Below are positions 27,007 to 36,077 of a stretch of DNA of 64,000 nt, in pieces (position 1 is the first letter of the stretch; the number at the start of each line of letters is the position of its first letter). The notes beneath the pieces are model-generated. The model did not search any database. It had not been told where the DNA came from and was given only the letters and a program-made list of their open reading frames with translations. The translations under genes and the position numbers were made by a program. The stretch covers positions 3,895 through 67,894 of the forward strand of contig CAJUIQ010000007.1 of assembly GCA_910586545.1 (NCBI GenBank). Direction: 5' to 3'. This DNA comes from an uncultured Eubacteriales bacterium. Lineage in GTDB: Bacteria; Bacillota; Clostridia; Oscillospirales; CAG-272.

Positions 27007-27915
27007 ATGAAAGAAAAAGTAGGACTTGTTCTAGGAGGGGGCGGCGGAAAAGGCGCTTACCAAATCGGCGTGTGGCGTGCCCTGCGGGAAGCAGCGATTG
27101 ATACCAGGATAGATGCCGTAGCAGGCACATCTATAGGGGCTTTAAACGGCGCTCTGTTCTGTATGGGTAATTTAGAGACGGCGGAACAAGTGTGGGCGTC
27201 TATAAGTCCGACTCAAGTACTGACTGAAAAAGATATACATAAATGCTGCCAGTCTCTTTGCCGCTATGAACAGGGTACTTGTTCGGAGGGGTGGTTTTCT
27301 AATGCCGGTTTGGATGCATTGATAAAGCGTGTCGTAGATCCCAGAATTTTGAAAAATGGAACGCGAAACTTTTACGTGACGGCAGCCAAGTTGAAAAAAC
27401 GCCCTTGCTTTTACAATTATGTAAAAAAACATTCTGAGGATAATATATTTACACGGGTGGCCTCTCTGCTGGCCATTAAGCTGTTTAAATATCAAACCAC
27501 GCCAGTTTATTTTGATATTCGACGGCAAAAGACTGCGCTGATTGCGGATATTTTGCTCGCGTCTTCCGCGATTCCATTGATTTTTCCAGATATCAGTATA
27601 GAGGGAGAAGAATACATAGACGGAGGCATTGAAGACAACGTGCCGATTGCTCCGCTATATCAGAGAGGTGTCCGTAAAATAATTGTCGTCACTATGGAGG
27701 AGCGGGACAAAACCTGTACCCAATGCTTTCCCGACGCGCAGATTGTACACATCAATTTAGCGGAAAGCACTTTGCAAAACTTTACCGGAACCTTGGATTT
27801 TACTGCAGAAAATGCAAAAAAGCGAATGGAGCAGGGATATTGGGATGGAAAGAAATACATTGCATCCATTCAGGAAATGCTTTGCGTATCTGCCGCCAAA
27901 ACGGACTTTCAATAG
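27007..27915 (+). CDS. Patatin-like phospholipase
   Basis: GGGGGKGAY oxyanion loop, GTSIGA (GxSxG) nucleophile, and DGG catalytic Asp motif (IDGGIEDN). Confidence 0.85.
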   Translation: MKEKVGLVLGGGGGKGAYQIGVWRALREAAIDTRIDAVAGTSIGALNGALFCMGNLETAEQVWASISPTQVLTEKDIHKCCQSLCRYEQGTCSEGWFSNAGLDALIKRVVDPRILKNGTRNFYVTAAKLKKRPCFYNYVKKHSEDNIFTRVASLLAIKLFKYQTTPVYFDIRRQKTALIADILLASSAIPLIFPDISIEGEEYIDGGIEDNVPIAPLYQRGVRKIIVVTMEERDKTCTQCFPDAQIVHINLAESTLQNFTGTLDFTAENAKKRMEQGYWDGKKYIASIQEMLCVSAAKTDFQ

Positions 27916-27984
27916 CTGCGGTCCTTTATTTGCACAGGAACAGATAGATTTCCATATTATAAATAAAGAAAGGAGGGGAACAGT

Positions 27985-28428
27985 ATGAATCGAAACAGCA
28001 ATCGTTTTCATATCCCTGTACAGGATCATGGTCCGCAGCCGTTTGTTACCAATATTGATAAAGCGACTCGACAAAATACAAACTATCGAACAGCGCTGTG
28101 GACAGGCCAACATTTGCAGCTTACTTTAATGAGCATCCCGGTCGGCGGTGAGATTGGATTGGAGGTGCATCCGGATACCGATCAGTTTTTGCGCATTGAA
28201 AGCGGAACTGGCATGGCTATGCTGGGGCCTGCTGAAAATCGACTGCACTATAAGCGTCCAGTTTCTGCTGGATTTGCAATTTTTGTGCCGGCGAGAACCT
28301 GGCACAATGTTGTAAACACAGGAAAACGTCCGCTTAAAATCTACACGATATATGCCCCGCCGCATCATCCGCATGGTACCGTTCAGGCTACAAAAGCCAT
28401 TGCCGATATGGAAGAGGAAACGCGCTAA
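27985..28428 (+). CDS. Cupin-domain protein
   Basis: G(X)5HxH-like EVHPDTDQFLRIESG and a second cupin motif PARTWHNVVN. Confidence 0.7.
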   Translation: MNRNSNRFHIPVQDHGPQPFVTNIDKATRQNTNYRTALWTGQHLQLTLMSIPVGGEIGLEVHPDTDQFLRIESGTGMAMLGPAENRLHYKRPVSAGFAIFVPARTWHNVVNTGKRPLKIYTIYAPPHHPHGTVQATKAIADMEEETR

Positions 28429-28484
28429 AGTAAAATACCGCGGCTATTTCGCGGCGAACAAGACCTTTTGTAGAAATTTAACTA

Positions 28485-28521
28485 AAAAAGAAGAGAGGAT
28501 CTATGATCCTCTCTTCTTTTT
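28485..28521. terminator. Bidirectional terminator (cupin gene / tRNA-Gln)
   Basis: AAAAAAGAAGAGAGGATC-tat-GATCCTCTCTTCTTTTT. Confidence 0.8.
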
Positions 28522-28594
28522 GGCAGCGGAATAGGGATTCGAACCCCAACAAACAGAGTCAGAGTCTGTCGTGCTACCGTTACACAATTCCGCT
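28521..28594 (-). tRNA. tRNA-Gln (anticodon CUG), CCA encoded
   Basis: Manual cloverleaf: acceptor AGCGGAA/TTCCGCT, anticodon stem ACAGA/TCTGT with loop CTCTGAC, T-arm GGGGTTCGAATCCC. Confidence 0.88.
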
Positions 28595-28611
28595 TTTTCA
28601 TTGCGTTCATT

Positions 28612-28640
28612 ATTATACCAATCTATGAAGCGCTTGTCAA
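28612..28640 (-). promoter_or_regulatory. Consensus promoter of tRNA-Gln
   Basis: Minus strand reads TTGACA-17 nt-TATAAT, preceded by an A/T-rich UP-like tract. Confidence 0.65.
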
Positions 28641-28691
28641 TAGTTTTTTCCAAAAAAAGATTTTTCATACATTTCATATGAAAATATGCGT

Positions 28692-28720
28692 TTGACAAAT
28701 TGATTTTTATGCGGTATAAT
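28692..28720 (+). promoter_or_regulatory. Consensus sigma-A promoter driving a ~220-nt leader upstream of rsmE
   Basis: TTGACA (28692-28697), 17 nt, TATAAT (28715-28720). Confidence 0.65.
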
Positions 28721-28943
28721 AGCCGCAGGGCGGCTATTGACGGCTGATTTACATCAGCTTCGCTGCTGTCGCCATCTGAATGATGGCATTTGAACCTGAC
28801 GATTCAGAAATTATGGTACAACAACCGCAGGCCACCGGCTATTGCCGCGTGCTGTCATTATGAGTAAATACTATTTCAGTATGCGCCGGCGTCCACCGGC
28901 GTAAATTATTGTATGGAAGCCGCATAGGCGGTACGGAGAGACT

Positions 28944-29717
28944 ATGCCGCGTTTTTTTATACGCGCCTGTCAAATCGGGATAGATGATAATACTGGCGTG
29001 AAAATGGTGCGCATCCTTGGAGACGACGCACATCATATTACAAAGAGCCTGCGTATGCGCACAGGTGAAATCATAACCGTGTGCGACATGGAGCGCAACG
29101 AATACACTTGCAGTATTTGTGCCACAGGAGAGTGTGTGTTGGCGCAGGTGCTTTCTGTTTGTGCGGCCGCATCGGAGCCTCCCTATACGGCGGTGCTGTA
29201 TCAGGCGTTGATTAAGGGAGATAAGTTTGACCATGTAGTGCAAAAAGCGGTAGAATGTGGCGTTAGTCGGATCGTACCTGTGCTTACAGAACGCTGCGTT
29301 GTCCGTTTGGATAAAATGGATGGAGAAAAGAAGCGGCAGCGATGGCAGAGAATCGCCGCAGAGGCGGCAAAACAGTGCGGCAGGGGCATCATCCCTCAGG
29401 TATCCGGTCTTTTGTATTTTAAAGAGGCTGTAGCGGAAGCTGCAGCTGCCCAACTACCTCTTTTTTGTTATGAAGGAGAGGAGCGGCGCAGTCTGGTACA
29501 GGCTGTCGCCGGATGCAAACATCCGGCGACGATTTCACTGATGATCGGCAGCGAGGGCGGTTTTTCTGTGGAAGAGGCTGCCTTTGCGGCAGATAGCGGT
29601 ATGCTTTCTGTAGGCCTTGGAAGACGAATTCTTCGAACGGAAACAGCTTCTTCTTTTGCGCTTGCGTGTCTGAGTTTTGCGTATGAAATGGAACAAAGTA
29701 ATATGGAAAAAGTATAA
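28944..29717 (+). CDS. rsmE: 16S rRNA (uracil1498-N3)-methyltransferase
   Basis: N-terminal MPRFFI...HHI PUA-like region and a C-terminal SPOUT knot (IGSEGGFS, LGRRILRTETA). Confidence 0.9.
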   Translation: MPRFFIRACQIGIDDNTGVKMVRILGDDAHHITKSLRMRTGEIITVCDMERNEYTCSICATGECVLAQVLSVCAAASEPPYTAVLYQALIKGDKFDHVVQKAVECGVSRIVPVLTERCVVRLDKMDGEKKRQRWQRIAAEAAKQCGRGIIPQVSGLLYFKEAVAEAAAAQLPLFCYEGEERRSLVQAVAGCKHPATISLMIGSEGGFSVEEAAFAADSGMLSVGLGRRILRTETASSFALACLSFAYEMEQSNMEKV

Positions 29718-29773
29718 AAATAAAATTATTCACAAAAAAATCACTGCATTTTTGGAAAAATGCATAAAACCCA

Positions 29774-29822
29774 TTGAAAATTTACAAATTGTGTTGTAAA
29801 ATATAATAGACGTTTTACAACA
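29774..29822 (+). promoter_or_regulatory. Promoter (TTGAAA-17-TAAAAT) overlapped by a 10-bp perfect inverted repeat
   Basis: TGTTGTAAAA (29792-29801), 11 nt, TTTTACAACA (29813-29822) straddles the -10 region and the probable start site. Confidence 0.45.
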
Positions 29823-29862
29823 TTATATATAAAAGTGTTTAATATTACATAAGGAGGCTATT

Positions 29863-30948
29863 ATGTCCAACCGCTTGTTTCAGGGAATCATCCATCAGAT
29901 GACTGATACTGTGGACCGTACCATAGGCGTTATTGACGATACTGGGGTTATCATTGCATGCAGTGAGCTTGTCAAAATTGGCGAGACCCGCCAGGAGGCA
30001 AGAGATGAAATGGCGTACACTGCTTCTGCGGTGACAGTGGGGGGCTACACGTATCGGTTTATTGGCTCTGGAACCAAATGGGAATACATCGTATTCGTGG
30101 AGGGCGAGGACAAAATGGCGGATAAGCTTGCCTCCATTTTGGCCATTTCTCTGTCCAATATTAAAAATCTATATGATGAGAAGTATGACCGTAACTCCTT
30201 TGTGAAAAATATCATTTTGGACAACATTTTGCCCAGCGATATTTATATCAAGAGTAAGGAACTGCGGTTTAACACAGATGAGCCGCGGGTAGTATTTCTC
30301 ATTAAATTCCTTACAAAAACAGATGTAATTCCCTTTGATGCAGTCCAGAATATTTTCCCGGACCGGACAAAGGATTATGTGATCAGCGTAGGGGAGCAGG
30401 ATATCGTTTTGGTCAAAGAGCTGAAACCTGGCTATGATGTGAAGAAAATCGAAAAACTGGCCAAATCTATTTCCGAGACCCTGAATTCTGAGTTTTATGC
30501 TCGGGTGGTCATTGGAATTGGTACAGTAGTGGAAAACATTAAGGATCTTGCGCGCTCCTATAAAGAAGCGCAGGTGGCTTTGGAAGTGGGCAAGGTATTC
30601 GATACGGAAAAGAATATCATTTCCTATGAAAACTTAGGAATTGGACGCTTGATTTATCAACTGCCTACGACCCTTTGCGAGATGTTTTTGCAGGAGGTTT
30701 TCAAAAACGGATCTCTGGAAAATCTGGATCGCGAAACGCTGCTTACCATTCAGTGCTTCTTTGAAAACAATTTGAACGTGTCCGAAACGTCCAGAAAGTT
30801 GTTTGTCCATAGAAATACGCTGGTGTATCGGTTGGAAAAAATCCGCAAACTTACCGGGCTGGATTTGCGGGAATTTGACCATGCCATCACCTTTAAGGTC
30901 GCTTTAATGGTAAAGCGGTATTTAACAACAAAGCCTGCAAAATTCTGA
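29863..30948 (+). CDS. CdaR/PucR-family transcriptional regulator (sugar-diacid-recognition N-domain, PucR HTH C-domain)
   Basis: N-terminal ...IGVIDDTGVIIACSELVKIGE resembles the Diacid_rec domain. The C-terminal end NVSETSRKLFVHRNTLVYRLEKI is a PucR-type HTH. Confidence 0.8.
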   Translation: MSNRLFQGIIHQMTDTVDRTIGVIDDTGVIIACSELVKIGETRQEARDEMAYTASAVTVGGYTYRFIGSGTKWEYIVFVEGEDKMADKLASILAISLSNIKNLYDEKYDRNSFVKNIILDNILPSDIYIKSKELRFNTDEPRVVFLIKFLTKTDVIPFDAVQNIFPDRTKDYVISVGEQDIVLVKELKPGYDVKKIEKLAKSISETLNSEFYARVVIGIGTVVENIKDLARSYKEAQVALEVGKVFDTEKNIISYENLGIGRLIYQLPTTLCEMFLQEVFKNGSLENLDRETLLTIQCFFENNLNVSETSRKLFVHRNTLVYRLEKIRKLTGLDLREFDHAITFKVALMVKRYLTTKPAKF

Positions 30949-31004
30949 GACGCGGCGCCGCTGCGAAAAGGCTTATTCGGAAAGGCAGGTAATGAACAAA
31001 AATT

Positions 31005-31682
31005 ATGATAGATTTTAAGCACGTGAAAAAGTACTACCCCAACGGAACGGTTGCGCTGGACGGGGTGGACTTACATATTGACGACGGGGAGTTTGTGTTC
31101 ATCGTAGGGCATTCAGGCGCGGGAAAAACCACGATGACCAAACTCCTTCTGCGGGAAGAGGCTGTGTCCTCCGGAACGCTGGTTGTAGGCAACTATAATT
31201 TGGCGAAGATCAAAAATCGAGAGATCCCCTTTTACCGTAGAGAATTGGGCGTCGTGTTTCAAGATTTCCGTCTGTTCCCCAATAAAACCGTATACGAAAA
31301 TGTGGCGTTTGCCATGCAGGTTGTAGGAACGCCCCGTTCTATGATCAAACGGCGTGTGCCGGCGATCCTCAGCACGGTGAATTTGGCGGATAAACTTAAA
31401 TGTTTTCCCAGAGAGCTGTCTGGCGGCGAACAGCAGCGGGTGGCTCTTGCCAGAGCACTGGCCAATAATCCCAAAATTATTGTCGCGGATGAGCCAACCG
31501 GAAACATCGACCCGAAAATGAGTATAGAAATTATGAATTTGCTCATGAAGATCAACAAGCTTGGGAAAACCATTATTGTTGTTACCCATGAGAAAAATTT
31601 GGTTGATTATTACAAGCAGCGGGTCGTTATGCTGAAAGACGGCAAGATTGTAGATGACCGGGTAGGAGGGATGTTCGAATGA
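31005..31682 (+). CDS. ftsE: Cell-division ABC ATPase FtsE
   Basis: Walker A GHSGAGKTT, signature LSGGEQQR, Walker B IIVADEPTG; followed by ftsX with an overlapping stop/start. Confidence 0.93.
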   Translation: MIDFKHVKKYYPNGTVALDGVDLHIDDGEFVFIVGHSGAGKTTMTKLLLREEAVSSGTLVVGNYNLAKIKNREIPFYRRELGVVFQDFRLFPNKTVYENVAFAMQVVGTPRSMIKRRVPAILSTVNLADKLKCFPRELSGGEQQRVALARALANNPKIIVADEPTGNIDPKMSIEIMNLLMKINKLGKTIIVVTHEKNLVDYYKQRVVMLKDGKIVDDRVGGMFE

Positions 31683-32578
31683 GAAAACATTACAGCCTCC
31701 GGTATTTTACAGGGCAGGCCATGACGGGCCTATGGCGTAATGGCGTCATGTCTGTGGCGTCCGTAGCCGTTTTGATGAGCTGCCTAGTGGTTCTTGGCTG
31801 CTTTGCCTTGCTTTTGGTAAATATCAATGTAAATCTTGACAATGTAGCACAGCTGAATCAAATTGTTGTATACTGCGATTATGACTTGGACGAGACGGCT
31901 GTAGAAAAAATCGGCAATCAGATTGAAGAATTGGATTATATTGATTCTGTAGAGCATGTTTCCAAAGAAGAAGCCTTGGAAATTATGCGCGAGCAGAGCG
32001 GAGACTATGAAGAACTGTACAGCGGTATTACAGAAGAAAATAATCCCCTTTCCGATTCCTTTGAGATTATGTATAAGGGTACGGATGAAACAAAGGTGTT
32101 TGATTTGGAGGCCCAACTGCGCTCCATCGAAGGTGTGCGCAAGATCAATAGCGTATATCAGGTGGCCAAAACGCTGGACAGCCTGAAAAACGGCATAATG
32201 CTTGTGTGCCTTTGGTTTTTGAGTATTTTATTTGTGGTCAGCATCTTTGTTATTATCAATACCATCAAGCTTGCGGTTTATTCCAGACGAAGTGAGATCA
32301 GCGTCATGCGCTATGTGGGGGCAACCAATTGGTTTATTACGATGCCCTTTATTTTAGAGGGCGTACTTATTGGCGTGTTTGCCAGTCTTATTGGATTTGC
32401 CATAGAAACCTACATATACAATTATGTGCATAAGATGGCGCTGGTGGATCTACAGATGATTACCGTACTCGGTTATGGAAAAATTGCGATCCCGCTATTT
32501 ATTGGATTTGTTGTGATCGGCGTGATCACCGGTATTATTGGAAGTATGGCTTCCCTTCGGAAGTATTTGAAATCATAA
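31679..32578 (+). CDS. ftsX: Cell-division permease-like protein FtsX
   Basis: TM1, an extracellular domain and three TM helices; overlaps the ftsE stop codon. Confidence 0.9.
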   Translation: MRKHYSLRYFTGQAMTGLWRNGVMSVASVAVLMSCLVVLGCFALLLVNINVNLDNVAQLNQIVVYCDYDLDETAVEKIGNQIEELDYIDSVEHVSKEEALEIMREQSGDYEELYSGITEENNPLSDSFEIMYKGTDETKVFDLEAQLRSIEGVRKINSVYQVAKTLDSLKNGIMLVCLWFLSILFVVSIFVIINTIKLAVYSRRSEISVMRYVGATNWFITMPFILEGVLIGVFASLIGFAIETYIYNYVHKMALVDLQMITVLGYGKIAIPLFIGFVVIGVITGIIGSMASLRKYLKS

Positions 32579-32660
32579 AAGTCAAAATCGGTATAAACTG
32601 ATTTTCAGCTTAGGGTCCGTGCTTGCAGCCGGACGCAGATGAAAGGCAGGTTAGACGAAA

Positions 32661-33857
32661 ATGCATCTTATTCATTTAAAACGGCGTGGAATCCGTATTC
32701 TGGCGGTCACTCTTGCATTGGCGCTTACAGCGGCGCTGCTGGTTATGGCGCCGGCACCTGGTAACTACGCCAACGCGGAAAATGCTCGTGTAAAAAAATA
32801 TGAAGACCAGATTTCCGAACTGGAAAAAACAAAGAAAGAACTGCAGCAAAAGATTGCGAATGTGAAGGATAAAGCCAACGAGACAGCGGAGTACAAAAAA
32901 AACCTGGATTCCTTGGTGTATACGTTGTCGCAGAAGATTGCCATATCGCAGTCTCTTTTGGATGAGCTGGAAACCCGTATCGAAGAGACTAAGGCGTCTA
33001 TTACAGAAAAAGAAACGTCTATCGAAGAGACTTTTGAAAAATTTCAGGAAAGAATGCGCATGTCCTATGAAGAAGGTTCCGTCAGCTATCTTGGCATGCT
33101 GCTGGGAGCGGACAGCGTCAGTGACTTTTTGAGTCGCATGGATAGAATCAATTCCATGCTGGAATATGACAAGACAATGATGGATCAGTATAAAGCTGAA
33201 AAAGAGGATCTGGAAAAGGAACGGAACAATCTGGAAGAATCCATTGCGCTTCAGAAGAGCACGTTGGAAGATATGGAAGCCGATAAAGCGGAAAATGAAC
33301 GGCTTGCCAATCAAGCGGCCAGCTATTATCAATCGTTGAAGGAAGATGAAGCCGCTTACCAGTCGCAGTATGAGGCCGCTAAAAAGGAAGAAGATAAACT
33401 GGACCGTGAGTTGACTGCATATCTGCGGGATCTGCAGAAACAAAATTCCTCTCAGGTTACGGCAAACGGAGAATTTATGTGGCCCCTGCCGGTAGGTAAG
33501 GGAACAATTACCTGCTACTATGGCGGCATAGACCCGGCTGGCAAACCCCATTACGCAGTGGATACGGCCATTGCTGCGGGCACGCCGATTTATGCTTCCA
33601 ATGACGGCACCGTGCTCAAGGCAGAGAGCCATTCCAGCTATGGATATTATGTACTGATTGACCATGGTAACGGAAGATCTACTTTATATGCGCACTGCAG
33701 CGCTCTTGCCGCTGTAGCGGGGCAAACTGTGTCTAAGGGACAAGTAATCGGTTATGTAGGTTGTACAGGCTTTTCTACGGGAAATCACTTGCACTTTGAG
33801 TTCCGTATCAATGGGAACCGTACCAATCCTCTAAATTACGTAACAAAAGGCGTTTGA
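32661..33857 (+). CDS. Coiled-coil M23 peptidoglycan DD-metalloendopeptidase (EnvC/PcsB-like FtsEX partner)
   Basis: Signal/anchor sequence, ~230-aa coiled coil, and a LytM domain with HYAVD...HLHFE. Confidence 0.85.
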   Translation: MHLIHLKRRGIRILAVTLALALTAALLVMAPAPGNYANAENARVKKYEDQISELEKTKKELQQKIANVKDKANETAEYKKNLDSLVYTLSQKIAISQSLLDELETRIEETKASITEKETSIEETFEKFQERMRMSYEEGSVSYLGMLLGADSVSDFLSRMDRINSMLEYDKTMMDQYKAEKEDLEKERNNLEESIALQKSTLEDMEADKAENERLANQAASYYQSLKEDEAAYQSQYEAAKKEEDKLDRELTAYLRDLQKQNSSQVTANGEFMWPLPVGKGTITCYYGGIDPAGKPHYAVDTAIAAGTPIYASNDGTVLKAESHSSYGYYVLIDHGNGRSTLYAHCSALAAVAGQTVSKGQVIGYVGCTGFSTGNHLHFEFRINGNRTNPLNYVTKGV

Positions 33858-33879
33858 TATTTTAAAATAGGCTGGCAAA

Positions 33880-33925
33880 GTCTGAAAGCAGAAAACTTCT
33901 GCTTTCAGACTTGCTTTGTACTTTT
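33880..33925 (+). terminator. Hairpin after the M23 gene (possible partial terminator)
   Basis: GTCTGAAAGCAG-aaaactt-CTGCTTTCAGAC followed by a T-rich tail. Confidence 0.5.
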
Positions 33926-34003
33926 AGGCCGAAATGCAAAACTTTGTTTGAAAAAAATAGATTTCGGTTAAACTGGAAAGAGAAATCTGTGACCAAGGAA
34001 GGC

Positions 34004-35386
34004 ATGGCAATCATGATGGACGAAAATGAGGGACGGCAGTCCGATAAAACCCAGGAGGGAACAACACCTTATACGCCTATAAGCGAGCAGCGCCTTGACA
34101 AAAACGTATGTCCCGCGCCGCCTGCGCCTGCTCCACGACAAAAGAAAAAGCGCACGGTATCTGCTTCGGCGGTAATTGTCATCGCGGCGTTGTGTATTGT
34201 CGCTACATTTATGACGACGTATGTATTTCTTTCGGTTTGGTATATACAGGGTGATCGGGGTTGGAATAGCGGCTCAGGAGCCGCCCGCCGGGCTATGGAA
34301 AAAATGGAGCTATTAGATACACTGGTCCGCAAGGAATATGTAGGCGAGATCAACGAGGATGTTTTAACTGACTGGATCCTAAAGGGTTATATGGCTGGTT
34401 TGGGAGATCCATATGCGGAATATTATACGAAAGAAGAATTTTCTGCACTGATGGCAGATAACCGCGGGGAAATGCAGGGAATCGGTATCAGTGTGATCAT
34501 GAATACGGAAACCGGGCTGATTGAGGTTATCTCTGTATATCCGGATTCTCCTGCCCTGGAAGCAGGCGTCATGCCTGGAGACCAGATCGCATATATAATC
34601 GAGGACGATCAGCGTTACAGTGTGTCGGAAATCGGATACAGCATGGCTGTTTCCATGCTGCAGGGAGAGGCAGACACCTATGCTTCTTTCGTGGTACGGC
34701 GCGGGGAAACGCAGGAAGCGATACAGGAATTGACTTTCTCAATCAAGCGGGGATATATCACGGAATATACGGTAAGCAGCCGACTGTATGCCCCGGATCC
34801 TACCGTTGGCATCATCCGAATTACTTCTTTTGACGGCGGCACGCCGGATCAGTTTACTGATGCTGTGCAGTCCTTGCAGACTGCCGGCGCAAAGCGCCTG
34901 ATTCTGGATGTGCGGTATAATCCCGGTGGAGACTTGGATTCTGTGTGCAGCGTGCTGGACACGCTTTTGCCGGAAGGACCTGTGATCCGAACGATTGATA
35001 AGAACGGGAAGGAAGAAGTCGTATACGAATCTGATGCCCAGGCGTTGGAGCTTCCGCTGGTCGTTTTGGTAAACGAAGGAACGGCAAGCGCGGGCGAGCT
35101 TTTTGCTTCCGCTCTGCAGGACTATGATAAGGCCCAGGTCGTAGGCGTGCAGCCTTATGGCAAGGGAAGTATGCAAACCATTCGTTCCTTTGAAGACGGT
35201 ACAGGGTTTAAGTATACGTATCGATACTACTGCCCGCCCTTTTCCGATAACTTTGACGGGATCGGTGTGACGCCGGATATCGTTGAAGAATTGGACGAGG
35301 CGCTGGAAGGAAAAAACATTTATAAAATTACAGACGAGGAAGACAACCAACTTACGGCAGCGTACAATGCTCTACCGGCGGCGTAA
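34004..35386 (+). CDS. S41 family C-terminal processing peptidase (Ctp) with an N-terminal membrane anchor and a PDZ domain
   Basis: PDZ region GIGISV...GDQI, catalytic region GTASAGELFA, TM helix near the N-terminus. Start at MAIMMDE with an AAGGAAGG SD. Confidence 0.85.
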   Translation: MAIMMDENEGRQSDKTQEGTTPYTPISEQRLDKNVCPAPPAPAPRQKKKRTVSASAVIVIAALCIVATFMTTYVFLSVWYIQGDRGWNSGSGAARRAMEKMELLDTLVRKEYVGEINEDVLTDWILKGYMAGLGDPYAEYYTKEEFSALMADNRGEMQGIGISVIMNTETGLIEVISVYPDSPALEAGVMPGDQIAYIIEDDQRYSVSEIGYSMAVSMLQGEADTYASFVVRRGETQEAIQELTFSIKRGYITEYTVSSRLYAPDPTVGIIRITSFDGGTPDQFTDAVQSLQTAGAKRLILDVRYNPGGDLDSVCSVLDTLLPEGPVIRTIDKNGKEEVVYESDAQALELPLVVLVNEGTASAGELFASALQDYDKAQVVGVQPYGKGSMQTIRSFEDGTGFKYTYRYYCPPFSDNFDGIGVTPDIVEELDEALEGKNIYKITDEEDNQLTAAYNALPAA

Positions 35387-35420
35387 ATAATTTTAAAGAT
35401 TTATTTGAAAGGATATAATT

Positions 35421-35915
35421 ATGAGCAACGAGACAAATTTCACATTGTATACGAAAGAAGGATATCAGCAGCTGCTGGATGAACTTGCATATCTGAAAGA
35501 TGTGCGGGTGCCGGAAATCAAAGTACAGCTGGCAGAAGCCAGAAGTCACGGAGACCTTTCCGAGAACAGCGAATACGATGAGGCCAGAGACGCGCAGGCA
35601 AAGTGTTATGCAAGAATTGCGGAAGTGGAAGACCTGATCAAAAACGCAAAGATTATAGACGAATCGGAGCTCAAGGATGATGTAGTGAACATCGGTTCCA
35701 AAGTAAAGGTATACGATGAGACGTTCGAAGAAGAAGTCGAGTATATTATGGTAGGCTCCAATGAAGTAAACGCCGCTATGAACATGATTACGGACCGCAG
35801 CCCTATTGGCAGCGCTATGATGGGCGCACGGGCCGGAGATAAAGTTTCTTATACCGCGCCCTGCGGTGAAGTCCACCTGAAAATTTTAGAGGTTTCAAGA
35901 GCTAAAAAGAACTGA
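35421..35915 (+). CDS. greA: Transcription elongation factor GreA
   Basis: Coiled-coil tip with the acidic residues DLSENSEYD, plus the C-terminal globular domain. Confidence 0.93.
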   Translation: MSNETNFTLYTKEGYQQLLDELAYLKDVRVPEIKVQLAEARSHGDLSENSEYDEARDAQAKCYARIAEVEDLIKNAKIIDESELKDDVVNIGSKVKVYDETFEEEVEYIMVGSNEVNAAMNMITDRSPIGSAMMGARAGDKVSYTAPCGEVHLKILEVSRAKKN

Positions 35916-36077
35916 TGGTTTTGCTGTCCAGGTGATTTTGCCTGCTGATAGCATATGTACGGTATATGGCGGCGCACGTTGTATTGCACCGTTCGGCGCC
36001 CCATTTCGGCATTTGTCGACTGGGGCGCCGTTATAGTATTTTGGAGTGAACTTGCTCTCGAATGTGTGGGGTTAAAA

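Noticed and set aside
27007-27915. Patatin-like phospholipase as a possible CBASS/defence effector.
   Set aside because: No cyclase, nucleotidyltransferase or other defence partner is adjacent. It is flanked by a glycosidase gene and a cupin gene, each with its own signals, so it is more consistent with a standalone lipid hydrolase.
28780-28863. 27-codon ORF (MMAFEPDDSEIMVQQPQATGYCRVLSL) inside the rsmE leader; a possible leader peptide.
   Set aside because: No Shine-Dalgarno sequence precedes the ATG, and there are no runs of a regulatory codon. It is kept only as part of the structured-leader observation.
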